This document shows, in pieces, positions 9,027 through 16,814 of a stretch of DNA of 64,000 bases. Position 1 is the first letter of the stretch. Each line of letters opens with the position of its first letter. Location of the stretch: the IMG/VR virus record IMGVR_UViG_3300021093_000062, positions 4,575 through 68,574 of that record; one strand, written 5' to 3'. The position numbers and the translations under genes were made by a program. The notes beneath the pieces were generated by a model. That model was not told where the DNA came from. It did no database searches and worked only from the letters and a program-made list of their open reading frames with translations. The stretch is from a virus.

Positions 9027-11372
9027 CTATGCTAGGAAAGTTGCTAGGGCTTTCTCAACTTTATTCGGTAACTTTGCCACATCATTGATGGTTAAAGCTA
9101 CGTTAGCACCCTTACCTTCTACGTAGGTGCCGGCATATATGCCGTCTCCTAGAGCAATCAGTATCCAGTACTGTCCTGGGCTGGTAAAAGGCTTTATTGA
9201 CTTCACATCAGACCACGCACCGTCTGTCAACACGACAACCAGTTGTTGATCTTTACCTGCTCTTTGGTTTTCAACTTGCTTCAAAGCAGCTCGAGGGTTT
9301 GTACCCCCACCGTCGTGAATGTGCAATGGGTGCACATCTTCGTCGCTAGGGTAAAGCATATAGGCGTCCGTGTCGAATGTTGAAACAGTGCAAGGAATTC
9401 CCAGGCTATCACACGCACTACGAATACCGTACGCTGCAACCGAAAGTTCATCCATCCACGCGTCCATCGATCCAGACGTGTCTAGCAACACAGACACAGA
9501 AAGGTTGTGTCCCGTTGAGCCTTCACCTTCGTAGTCAATCCAGTAGTCACTGTCACCCGGTTCGTGAGTTTTGTAAGCTATCGGGTCCAAGACACCGGTT
9601 TCCTGTCGGAATCGCCACGCAGGGTCAGCGGCTACAGCCAGAGGAGCAAGCGCGCTCAACATATCGTTGGCAACCTTTTTTGCTTTGTTAATCAACTTGG
9701 TGTCCATTACCGATGTTGCTTGAGTTCTAATGAGAGGTTTTGACAGTTGAATGTTCACATCGCTCATGAACTGTTCGGCTTCTTGTAAGGTGGACAAACC
9801 TCTTGTTGACTCAAAGATTCTGTTTTTGAGTTTATTGCGCAGACCCTCGTAGTCTACATTGTGTTTGATGTCGTTGACTGTACCGCCAGTACCACGAGCC
9901 CCAGCATTACGGTCAACCGATGTGCTATTCACACCTTCGTCGTTTCCTGTTGTTTGGCTGAGACGAGGTGTGGTTGAGTGGTGGTTACCGTCACCACCAC
10001 TACCGTCAACCTTTTCGCCGCCCTGCGGGTCGCCAGAACTTGGCATCGGTCTTTTGTTGACAGGCTTAGCGTTTATTTCCTCGTCTTCAAAACGGGGTTT
10101 CTCTTGTACAACAACCTCCTTGCCTGTGCCGCCGTCCCAATATGGGTGAGTACCAGGTGTGGATGCGCCTCTGGGATTTTGAGAAGTATCACTTTTTTGT
10201 CCCGTTCGGTTGGGGTGTCCTCCGCGACCGGGTGGTACACGCGGTGCAACTTCTTCACCGGAAGACCACTTGTGTAGGAAATTTGCAAACTGCCACGAAG
10301 CCACAACCACCTCAGTAGGTGTTGTAGCTTTTCTAAAGTTTTGCACCAACTTCTCACACTCGTCGATCTCCGTAAGTGATCTACCACATACCGTAAGGTA
10401 ATCAACAGCAAGTTCTCTGATCAGGTAATACACGTCATCCGAAAGGTGCGAACGAGCGGCTACCATTGGCCACGTTGCACCCGGGTGTCTGGATGGTTCG
10501 ACGATCAATTTGAGAGTCACTGCTTCCAAATAACCAGCCATTGTTGGCGTATTACGAACCAATGTATCTTCCATACGCCCGTCCTCTAGAGCGTTCCATG
10601 CTGGTCTGATCCAGTCTTTAACTTTAGTGAATTGGTGTTGATGCAAACTCAAACCAGCTTTAAGTAAGTTCACTTCTTCTAACGTGTCGGTTGAAGAAAT
10701 TGCCTTATCTGTTGGCAACTCCATACTCACGTATGGGGATTTGAAGTTTACTTCGTCATCCAAATAAGCTGGGTAATTGTTTTTCATGCTTTCAACCCCA
10801 CGCCCATCTGAATAGCGGTTGAAGACAATCGGTTCAACGTTGTTGTCCATCAATGCACAATCAAACAACGTGTCAAATGCAAGCGTGTGGAGTATGTGAC
10901 CACCTTCGTGATACACCACACCCTTGACAGCCAGCAAAATATCTGCAACCGATTCCATGTTTTGGAAGTCAACTTTATGTAGGTTGATCATTATCTCGAT
11001 GTCTTTGTAGTTAGTACACGCCAAGACAGGAGTATCAATAGAAGTGTCTTCTTTAATCGTCACATTTGGATTGACGCCAAATGATGTAAGAACTGCCTGC
11101 GCGCGTTGTCCAAGGACATACGCAAGAGCAGCGCTCTGTCTGCGCCACAGTGCGTGTGCCTCATGCCCCAGTCCTCCCAGTGGGCCATGCAATCCTTGGC
11201 GAAACACAGACGGCTGGTACAGGGCCGAGGTGTAATCGTCGTGAGCAATCATTGACAACACCGACTCACGATGAGTTTCTTCAATGCGCTTACGTTCTCT
11301 GTTGGCTGATGCTCTCTCGGCATTTCTGCGCTTGAGAATCTCAGGATCTAGTTTTGGTTTTTTGGTAACCAT
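9027..11372 (-). CDS. vWA-domain protein with N-terminal HExxH region (CobT-like partner of a MoxR ATPase)
   Basis: 'HEGGH', 'NALEDGRME', low-complexity linker, MIDAS 'DTSGSM...GGGT...LTDG'. Confidence 0.88.
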   Translation of the reverse strand: MVTKKPKLDPEILKRRNAERASANRERKRIEETHRESVLSMIAHDDYTSALYQPSVFRQGLHGPLGGLGHEAHALWRRQSAALAYVLGQRAQAVLTSFGVNPNVTIKEDTSIDTPVLACTNYKDIEIMINLHKVDFQNMESVADILLAVKGVVYHEGGHILHTLAFDTLFDCALMDNNVEPIVFNRYSDGRGVESMKNNYPAYLDDEVNFKSPYVSMELPTDKAISSTDTLEEVNLLKAGLSLHQHQFTKVKDWIRPAWNALEDGRMEDTLVRNTPTMAGYLEAVTLKLIVEPSRHPGATWPMVAARSHLSDDVYYLIRELAVDYLTVCGRSLTEIDECEKLVQNFRKATTPTEVVVASWQFANFLHKWSSGEEVAPRVPPGRGGHPNRTGQKSDTSQNPRGASTPGTHPYWDGGTGKEVVVQEKPRFEDEEINAKPVNKRPMPSSGDPQGGEKVDGSGGDGNHHSTTPRLSQTTGNDEGVNSTSVDRNAGARGTGGTVNDIKHNVDYEGLRNKLKNRIFESTRGLSTLQEAEQFMSDVNIQLSKPLIRTQATSVMDTKLINKAKKVANDMLSALAPLAVAADPAWRFRQETGVLDPIAYKTHEPGDSDYWIDYEGEGSTGHNLSVSVLLDTSGSMDAWMDELSVAAYGIRSACDSLGIPCTVSTFDTDAYMLYPSDEDVHPLHIHDGGGTNPRAALKQVENQRAGKDQQLVVVLTDGAWSDVKSIKPFTSPGQYWILIALGDGIYAGTYVEGKGANVALTINDVAKLPNKVEKALATFLA

Positions 11373-11447
11373 GCTTATACCTCTTTTGTTGTTTTAGGGG
11401 ATTCGGGTTTACTACTTCAAATGACGCAAGTACTTGGTGGGGTAAAA

Positions 11448-12728
11448 TCATTCTGGTGCCAGAGGGTGCTCCACGTCGGGCACGGCGGGTTCTTCAGGCT
11501 GAGGCTCAAACTCAGCACGAAGCATGTCTTCGATGCCACGGTCCTTGATGATTTCGGATACCACGATCTTCTCGTTTTGAGAGACGAACTGTCCCATGAA
11601 CGCCCACAAGCTGAAGTCAACTCCAAGATGAACCAAGTCGCCTTCAAGCAACTGCAACGATTTGGTACCGATTGGAGTGGTTATACTACGTTGTGCGCGA
11701 GCGTTACGCAATGCCTGACCAAGCAAACGTATAGCAGGAGACTTGATCAGTTTCTTTTCCACTTCTTCATCGTAATTCCATTCCAACAACTTGAAGCGGT
11801 TGGCAAAGGCTTCGTTCGTCTTGGACATGCCAGCATAACCGGGATTCCATGAGGAAAGAATCCACAAGTTTTTGTTGGCATGTACGATTTCGGGACGGAA
11901 CGAACCCTCATGGGTTTCCACTCCAGTAACCGGATCGGTGAACACTCGTCCGTCCCACACCGGCTTGCGGATGTTGACGAACTGGTGACGGTTGTCTAGC
12001 AACGGGTGGATCGCAGCGGTAACAGCACCGCTCATTGCGTTCACCTCGTCAAGGTACAAGATACCGCCGATACGTACCGCTAAGGCAACAATGCCCTCCA
12101 TCCACACCAACTGCTCCTGACCATTGGCAACCACTGGTCGGTACTGGCCAAAGAGGTCATGGTCGGTGATTGCTGACGAACCGGCAAGAGTAAAAACCGG
12201 TAACGGTTTGCTAAGTCCCAACTGCTGTGCCACCTTGAATGCCATAACTTGAGTTAAGTATGTCTTACCTGACTGAGTGTCGCCCACTAGGGCGATAGAC
12301 ACCGGATACCCGTCGTTCTCGTCACGACGATTGAAGTATTTCATCATCACGTCGATATCGGTGAGGTTTCCTGCAAGAGTACGGGATACGTAGTTCTTGG
12401 GGTCGATGTTCGGTCGGAACGGATCGAGCGCCGGATCATCCAACGACTCGATTCGCAGGTTGCTGACTATCACCGCGTGCTGGTGCTGAGGGACATTGGA
12501 CGCGGCGGCGTTTGGGACGTTGGAACGTCCCAAGATAACAATGCCTTTGGGCAGTATCTCAACGACGCCCAGCATAGGCTCATCGAACGTCACTTCGATT
12601 TTGCTGCCGGGGCCACCAGGCACCAACGTTGCTCGGGTGATTGTTCCTTCGGCATTCTTGAACGGCGGGTACTTACCCATCACTCTCATGCCTTCTTTTA
12701 ATTCTTTGGTACTTGCCATTCTTACCAT
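11448..12728 (-). CDS. MoxR/CobS-like AAA+ ATPase
   Basis: Walker A 'GDTQSGKT', Walker B 'LYLDEVN', 'NPGYAG...AFANRF'. Confidence 0.9.
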   Translation of the reverse strand: MVRMASTKELKEGMRVMGKYPPFKNAEGTITRATLVPGGPGSKIEVTFDEPMLGVVEILPKGIVILGRSNVPNAAASNVPQHQHAVIVSNLRIESLDDPALDPFRPNIDPKNYVSRTLAGNLTDIDVMMKYFNRRDENDGYPVSIALVGDTQSGKTYLTQVMAFKVAQQLGLSKPLPVFTLAGSSAITDHDLFGQYRPVVANGQEQLVWMEGIVALAVRIGGILYLDEVNAMSGAVTAAIHPLLDNRHQFVNIRKPVWDGRVFTDPVTGVETHEGSFRPEIVHANKNLWILSSWNPGYAGMSKTNEAFANRFKLLEWNYDEEVEKKLIKSPAIRLLGQALRNARAQRSITTPIGTKSLQLLEGDLVHLGVDFSLWAFMGQFVSQNEKIVVSEIIKDRGIEDMLRAEFEPQPEEPAVPDVEHPLAPE

Positions 12729-12795
12729 TCCTTGTCTCGTGTTGTTTTACCTTGTATAACAACCCACAAACTCATGGGAGATGCGGGGATCTTGA

Positions 12796-12811
12796 TGTGA
12801 CAGAAGTCACA
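12796..12811. promoter_or_regulatory. CRP/GlxR-type palindromic site upstream of the AAA/vWA genes
   Basis: TGTGA-CAGAAG-TCACA, a perfect TGTGA-N6-TCACA in an intergenic gap. Confidence 0.6.
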
Positions 12812-12812
12812 G

Positions 12813-13013
12813 TCACTTGGGATTCATGTACGATTTGTTAGCAGTGACAAGGTTGTCATCTGCTGAACAAATTATGGGGGTGCTCTTATGCACACCGAGT
12901 ATAAAATACTCGGCTTGTTTGTACCCTAACTTATAGCACTCAGGGGCCAAACAATAATCATAAGGGCGTTCACTTGGCATTTCTGCGTTACAGAACGCAC
13001 AAAGTTTTGTCAT
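12813..13013 (-). CDS. Small Cys-rich hypothetical protein
   Basis: CxxC...CxxxxC; GAGGAG RBS. Confidence 0.55.
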   Translation of the reverse strand: MTKLCAFCNAEMPSERPYDYCLAPECYKLGYKQAEYFILGVHKSTPIICSADDNLVTANKSYMNPK

Positions 13014-13019
13014 TGGTAA

Positions 13020-13271
13020 TCACTCCTCTTCTAAAAGCCAGTAATCGTTTATGAACTCCATAGAGTCTTCCAATTGAGACAACACAACTAGCAGTTGAAC
13101 CAAGTGTCTAACGATTACGTATTGATCAGTGTATTCAATGGTGTCTGAACTAAACCAACACTTGGTTGGTGTTGCCTCTCCATTGAATTCGATTGTCACG
13201 GTTGTGCCGTGTTCAATCTTTCTTAAGACTAACAACAGCCTGATGTCGCTGTTTAACGCTATGGCTATCAT
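13020..13271 (-). CDS. Hypothetical protein
   Basis: GGAG RBS; operon context. Confidence 0.55.
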   Translation of the reverse strand: MIAIALNSDIRLLLVLRKIEHGTTVTIEFNGEATPTKCWFSSDTIEYTDQYVIVRHLVQLLVVLSQLEDSMEFINDYWLLEEE

Positions 13272-13288
13272 TTGTTCTCCAATTCATT

Positions 13289-13696
13289 TCATTGATCTCT
13301 CCGAACCGCGTTCTCGAACTCTTCTTTGAGTTTGAGCCAATCAAACACCCAATCGGGGCAGTCGGTCGTGTCGCCGTTCTCGTCAACCGGTCCCTGAACG
13401 ACCACGGTTCCAACAAGACGGTCGCCAGCCTCAACGCAACCGTACTCATCAACAGCAGCCCAAAGCTCAGTCGCCGTTTTGTTGAACGGCAGCCCGAGCA
13501 ACTTGCCTTCCTCATTACACCAAATCGTCAGCGAGGTGTCGCTGTCGGCAGAGGCGGCCCAGTAGTCCGGTTTGACGGGCACAAGTTCAATCAATCCGCC
13601 AATTGCGTTGCTCAACGGCTCGTAGCCATCCAGTGTTTCTGGCTCAATTGACTCAAAGCCTTCGTCACTCACTCGTATCACGATTGATCTCGTCAT
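13289..13696 (-). CDS. DUF3846-like protein
   Basis: 'L...IGG.IE.V...CNEEGKLLGLPFN..AT.L...D.LVGTVVV.G..D..G' pattern. Confidence 0.75.
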   Translation of the reverse strand: MTRSIVIRVSDEGFESIEPETLDGYEPLSNAIGGLIELVPVKPDYWAASADSDTSLTIWCNEEGKLLGLPFNKTATELWAAVDEYGCVEAGDRLVGTVVVQGPVDENGDTTDCPDWVFDWLKLKEEFENAVRRDQ

Positions 13697-13697
13697 T

Positions 13698-13949
13698 TCA
13701 TTCCTTCCCTTCCTGTGGTTCAGGAGGATTGATTGGGTGGCGCATATCAAAACGATCTATTTTGCGCAATTCTGATGCTTTTCGCATCAGCCAGTTCCGG
13801 GTTCCACGACGGGTAAGTCCGTCGTAGGACCAACATTGGTGCCACTGAGACTTTATACCAGTAACATCCACTGTTCTCATATACAGGCGTCCTCGGTGTC
13901 GAAACGCGCGTATTTTTACTACGCTGTGCTTGTATTGATTAGCTTTCAT
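13698..13949 (-). CDS. Basic hypothetical protein
   Basis: GGGAG RBS before MKANQY. Confidence 0.5.
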   Translation of the reverse strand: MKANQYKHSVVKIRAFRHRGRLYMRTVDVTGIKSQWHQCWSYDGLTRRGTRNWLMRKASELRKIDRFDMRHPINPPEPQEGKE

Positions 13950-14223
13950 TGCTTGTCTCCCATTCTGTCCAAGTAACGGACTCTGTTGCTTTTGCTCCAA
14001 ATTTCTCCATGGAATCACGGACGATGTTTTCAACATGCATCTCAAAGAGATAGTCTTCTACATCTTCTAAACTAAGTGATGCTGACACCTCGTCGATAAC
14101 TTTCTGAGTCGGTGCATACCCCTCTGGAAGATAGATTCCTTCGTCAACCTCCCAGGTTACTGTCACTGTCACTAGTTTCTTCACTTTCTTCTCCTTCCTC
14201 AAAGAGGTCGAAATCCTTCGCAA
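13939..14223 (-). CDS. Hypothetical protein
   Basis: Operon context; the true start is probably an internal GTG after AAGGAG. Confidence 0.5.
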   Translation of the reverse strand: MRRISTSLRKEKKVKKLVTVTVTWEVDEGIYLPEGYAPTQKVIDEVSASLSLEDVEDYLFEMHVENIVRDSMEKFGAKATESVTWTEWETSNES

Positions 14224-14479
14224 AGACGATAAGGTCGACCAACATACTCCAAAGTTCGGTGGTCGAACTGAAGTATGCGAATTGCCCAGTCACATCTTGT
14301 CTGATGTTGACAAAGTTGATAGCCCAACTAGACACGGGGATGATATCCCCGTCTTCTGTAACAGACAACATAAGGGTGGGCCCGTCGGATCTCATTACGA
14401 GGGCGTACTCTTTGTTGTCTTTGGTTGTTATTGGGACTGTGACAACACCCCAACTGCTTTCTTTCATGTTTCTATCCAT
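14144..14479 (-). CDS. Hypothetical protein
   Basis: ORF in the early operon. Confidence 0.5.
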   Translation of the reverse strand: MDRNMKESSWGVVTVPITTKDNKEYALVMRSDGPTLMLSVTEDGDIIPVSSWAINFVNIRQDVTGQFAYFSSTTELWSMLVDLIVFAKDFDLFEEGEESEETSDSDSNLGG

Positions 14480-14664
14480 TCCTGCCCGCTGAGAACCAGC
14501 TTGACATATTTAAGGACGGTACCGACATCTGGTCCGTCGTTGTTTATACCAAGGTTGCGTTGAAGCCACCTTAGATTTTGGTCTTCTGACATGTTTCGTC
14601 TATCCAACGGTATATCCATTGGAATGAGCATCATCCTGATTGCTGATCGAATTGAAACTTGCAT
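14464..14664 (-). CDS. Hypothetical protein
   Basis: GAGGAGG RBS; 'NLRWLQRNLGINN' segment. Confidence 0.55.
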   Translation of the reverse strand: MQVSIRSAIRMMLIPMDIPLDRRNMSEDQNLRWLQRNLGINNDGPDVGTVLKYVKLVLSGQEWIET

Positions 14665-15017
14665 CACTTGTCCTCCTCTTCCCACATCGTGTTGATCCAT
14701 TCAAACTCACATTCCAGTGAACACACCCCTGTCACTAGGTGAAGTTTCTCAGCTTTGCTCAGGTAACTGAGAGTTTGGACGTACTCAACGAGCCTATTCA
14801 TGGCCTCTGGCATGTCTTCTTCAGCGACCCCACCAAGTATGAGCGAGTACATCGCCCCCACCTCATCGGGTAGCACGTAGAAGTACTTGCTCTGACACAC
14901 TGGGCATCTAAACGTGCCCAGCACATATAGGCTGTCACACTCTGGGAAATAATCATCGGGTGCTTTTACTGAATACCCGATTTTTTGCATTTCTTTCTCT
15001 GTGAACTTGATAACCAT
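14664..15017 (-). CDS. Zn-ribbon-containing hypothetical protein
   Basis: CPVC...CxxxC; AAGGAG RBS before ATG 15017. Confidence 0.6.
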   Translation of the reverse strand: MVIKFTEKEMQKIGYSVKAPDDYFPECDSLYVLGTFRCPVCQSKYFYVLPDEVGAMYSLILGGVAEEDMPEAMNRLVEYVQTLSYLSKAEKLHLVTGVCSLECEFEWINTMWEEEDK

Positions 15018-15048
15018 TGTTGCTCCTTTTTTCAGCTTGAATTTTGTT

Positions 15049-15090
15049 AAAAAAAACACGAGGCTCACATATAGGTGTGTGAGTCTCGTG
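15049..15090 (-). terminator. Intrinsic terminator
   Basis: CACGAGACTCAC...GTGAGCCTCGTG hairpin followed by a T-run on the minus strand. Confidence 0.75.
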
Positions 15091-15096
15091 TTGGAC

Positions 15097-15270
15097 CTAG
15101 TCGTCGTAACGGTTGCGCCATTCCTCGTAGTACCATTCCGTTATTTCCTTCACCCCAAACGGGATAATGGAAGCAACGAAAAAGCCCAGAGAGAACAAAC
15201 TCCAGTCCTCGTTGTATGACAGTAGAGCCAGTATAAAACTGGCTATGATCATCAACTCTGTTACTATCAT
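15097..15270 (-). CDS. Small membrane protein (not in ORF track)
   Basis: Manual translation MIVTELMIIASFILALLSYNEDWSLFSLGFFVASIIPF... (57 aa); AAGGAG RBS. Confidence 0.6.
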   Translation of the reverse strand: MIVTELMIIASFILALLSYNEDWSLFSLGFFVASIIPFGVKEITEWYYEEWRNRYDD

Positions 15271-15434
15271 TGCTTCTCCTTTTTCCTGCGGCTAGCGGCT
15301 GCTGTCCGCTTTTCTTTTGCTTTTCCAACACACGCTGCACATGGTGCTGGGTTGTTCCAAACCCTGTCACCGTACGGGTGGTCGACCTCGACGTGGTTTT
15401 CGTGACCACATCTGTAAATGCATACAAACTTCAT
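15267..15434 (-). CDS. Small Zn-binding basic protein (not in ORF track)
   Basis: MKFVCIYRCGH...PCAAC...RRKKEKQ (55 aa); AAGGAG RBS; stop overlaps the next start. Confidence 0.6.
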   Translation of the reverse strand: MKFVCIYRCGHENHVEVDHPYGDRVWNNPAPCAACVGKAKEKRTAAASRRKKEKQ

Positions 15435-15461
15435 GGATTCTCCTTTTTTGTGGAAACTAGA

Positions 15462-15599
15462 GGTTGTAACAGCGGGTTACCTTTCCCAGCGAGCAAGAGA
15501 AGACGGATAATGAACCAAACCGTCTTGTGCTGGTGATTTAACGCCATGATGTCGCAGGTTACCCTTAACCCGGAAAGGACGGGGCTAGCTGTTACAACC
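15462..15599 (-). ncRNA. Putative ~140-nt structured RNA downstream of tRNA-Arg
   Basis: Perfect 12-bp terminal stem GGTTGTAACAGC/GCTGTTACAACC enclosing further stems. Confidence 0.5.
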
Positions 15600-15601
15600 A
15601 G

Positions 15602-15674
15602 TGCATCAGGAAGGGGTCGAACCTACAACCTACAGATTAGAAATCTGTTGCTCTATCCATTGAGCTACTGATGC
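15602..15674 (-). tRNA. trnR-UCU: tRNA-Arg (UCU)
   Basis: GCATCAG/CTGATGC acceptor stem, TAGCTCAATGGATAGAGC D-arm, ACAGA-TTTCTAA-TCTGT anticodon arm, GGTTCGAC T-loop; CCA not encoded. Confidence 0.92.
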
Positions 15675-15681
15675 ATGTCAT

Positions 15682-16260
15682 CGGTGGGCACAACAAGCAT
15701 GTGCGGGAAGTTCCTCGAACTACAGCCTACACTACCTAGGATGTGTACTGTATTCTTCTCAACTCTATGCAGCTTACAGTTGTTGATAATCCCATTGTTA
15801 TCATGCCTATTGTAGGAAGCCATTTTCGCTTCATACATAATAGGGTTCGATGGTTACCTGCCCGACAACACACAGGTAATGGCTAGGTACTAGCAGCCAC
15901 GACTAGGATGTGTAAACCCCACTTACGCCTGGGGGTACGGCGTTTTCGCGTTGGCTGTCTTTATATAGTACATCAGTCTACATTACTCATGGCCAACACT
16001 ACACGAAGTAGCATGTTAGGATTCTCACCAAAGAGACTATACAGTCTGTTTGTATAGTGATTTTGCTACTACATTTACCGTGATACTGCCCACGGCTGCA
16101 ACCTGTGCAACATAGAAATAGGAAGCATTTGCACATGCTTTGGTTTATGAACCACTACCTGCCGGGATACACCCAATGCGTTTCTATTGCGCATCTGTAC
16201 ACTTGTAGTTCTGCAGAACTACGCACTGCGTCTAGTGCCTAGGTCGGCTGTACATCACCG
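15682..16260 (-). ncRNA. Putative large ornate non-coding RNA (~580 nt)
   Basis: No ORF over 60 aa; long-range closing helices, about 10 internal hairpins and an H-type pseudoknot; abuts tRNA-Arg. Confidence 0.65.
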
Positions 16261-16376
16261 CTTAGATCTTAGTCCTCTGCGAAATTTCTGCGATGCTCAC
16301 TTCACTTGCTCCTTTTCTAATAATGCCCCACTCAAATATGGTGGAGTCAATGGTTGATACAGCCAACAACGATCTT

Positions 16377-16495
16377 GCCAGTGCATGGATCAGCCAGTCT
16401 TGCAGGGGGTGAGACGGCGATCAACATACACTGGCTTATGCCGTATACAAGGCTATGTGCTGATAGCAACTACAAATGGGGGGTGAGTAGTGCTA
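16377..16495 (-). ncRNA. Twin hairpins with C-rich loops (6C-RNA-like)
   Basis: Stems 16377-16435 and 16464-16495, each carrying CUCACCCCC(C) at the loop. Confidence 0.4.
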
Positions 16496-16525
16496 AAGCA
16501 GACGTTGCACTCAGACAACCTGGCA

Positions 16526-16633
16526 CAACGAAAGCATAGACCCATACATAGGCACAAGTTGTGACATTTGTCACATGATAGTGACAAGTGCCACATGGTG
16601 AGACATTTGTCACATGGTGAGACATTTGTCACA
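16526..16633 (-). promoter_or_regulatory. Promoter with four tandem CRP-type boxes
   Basis: -10 TATGCT (16538-16533); TGTGA-N6-TCACA-like sites at 16560-75, 16580-95, 16599-614 and 16618-33. Confidence 0.65.
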
Positions 16634-16760
16634 CTAGGCACCTCGTACTGGACGTCGCACCGTTTGCGACGCAAACCGGTCCAACCAGACGCAGGGAGCA
16701 GAGATGCCCCTCACACTAGGCTGGGTATGGCAGGGCAGATTTCTCAGCCGGATTTCGGGC

Positions 16761-16796
16761 AAAGAAGAAAGCCCCCCACCCTTGCGGGCGGGGGGC
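16761..16796 (-). terminator. Intrinsic terminator of the GC-rich gene
   Basis: GCCCCCCGCCC-GCAA-GGGTGGGGGGC followed by TTTCTTCTTT on the minus strand. Confidence 0.75.
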
Positions 16797-16814
16797 AATC
16801 TCCCTGGGGGGGGG

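Noticed and set aside
15065-15427. 120-aa minus-strand ORF from the track
   Set aside because: Two shorter coupled ORFs with AAGGAG RBSs (15267-15434, 15097-15270) explain the region, and this ORF runs into a terminator
15602-15674. Amber-suppressor tRNA (CUA) and stop-codon recoding
   Set aside because: The 7-nt loop TT-TCT-AA centres on TCT (Arg), and genes are intact under the standard code with TAG used as a stop
15682-16260. Group I/II intron, tmRNA or RNase P RNA
   Set aside because: No interrupted gene, no recognisable group II domain V, no tRNA-like ends or tag ORF and no GAGGAAAGUCC core seen by eye; an Rfam search is still needed for certainty
16560-16633. Mini CRISPR array
   Set aside because: Units are 16-bp palindromes separated by only 3-4 nt, with no unique spacers and no cas genes; better explained as protein-binding sites
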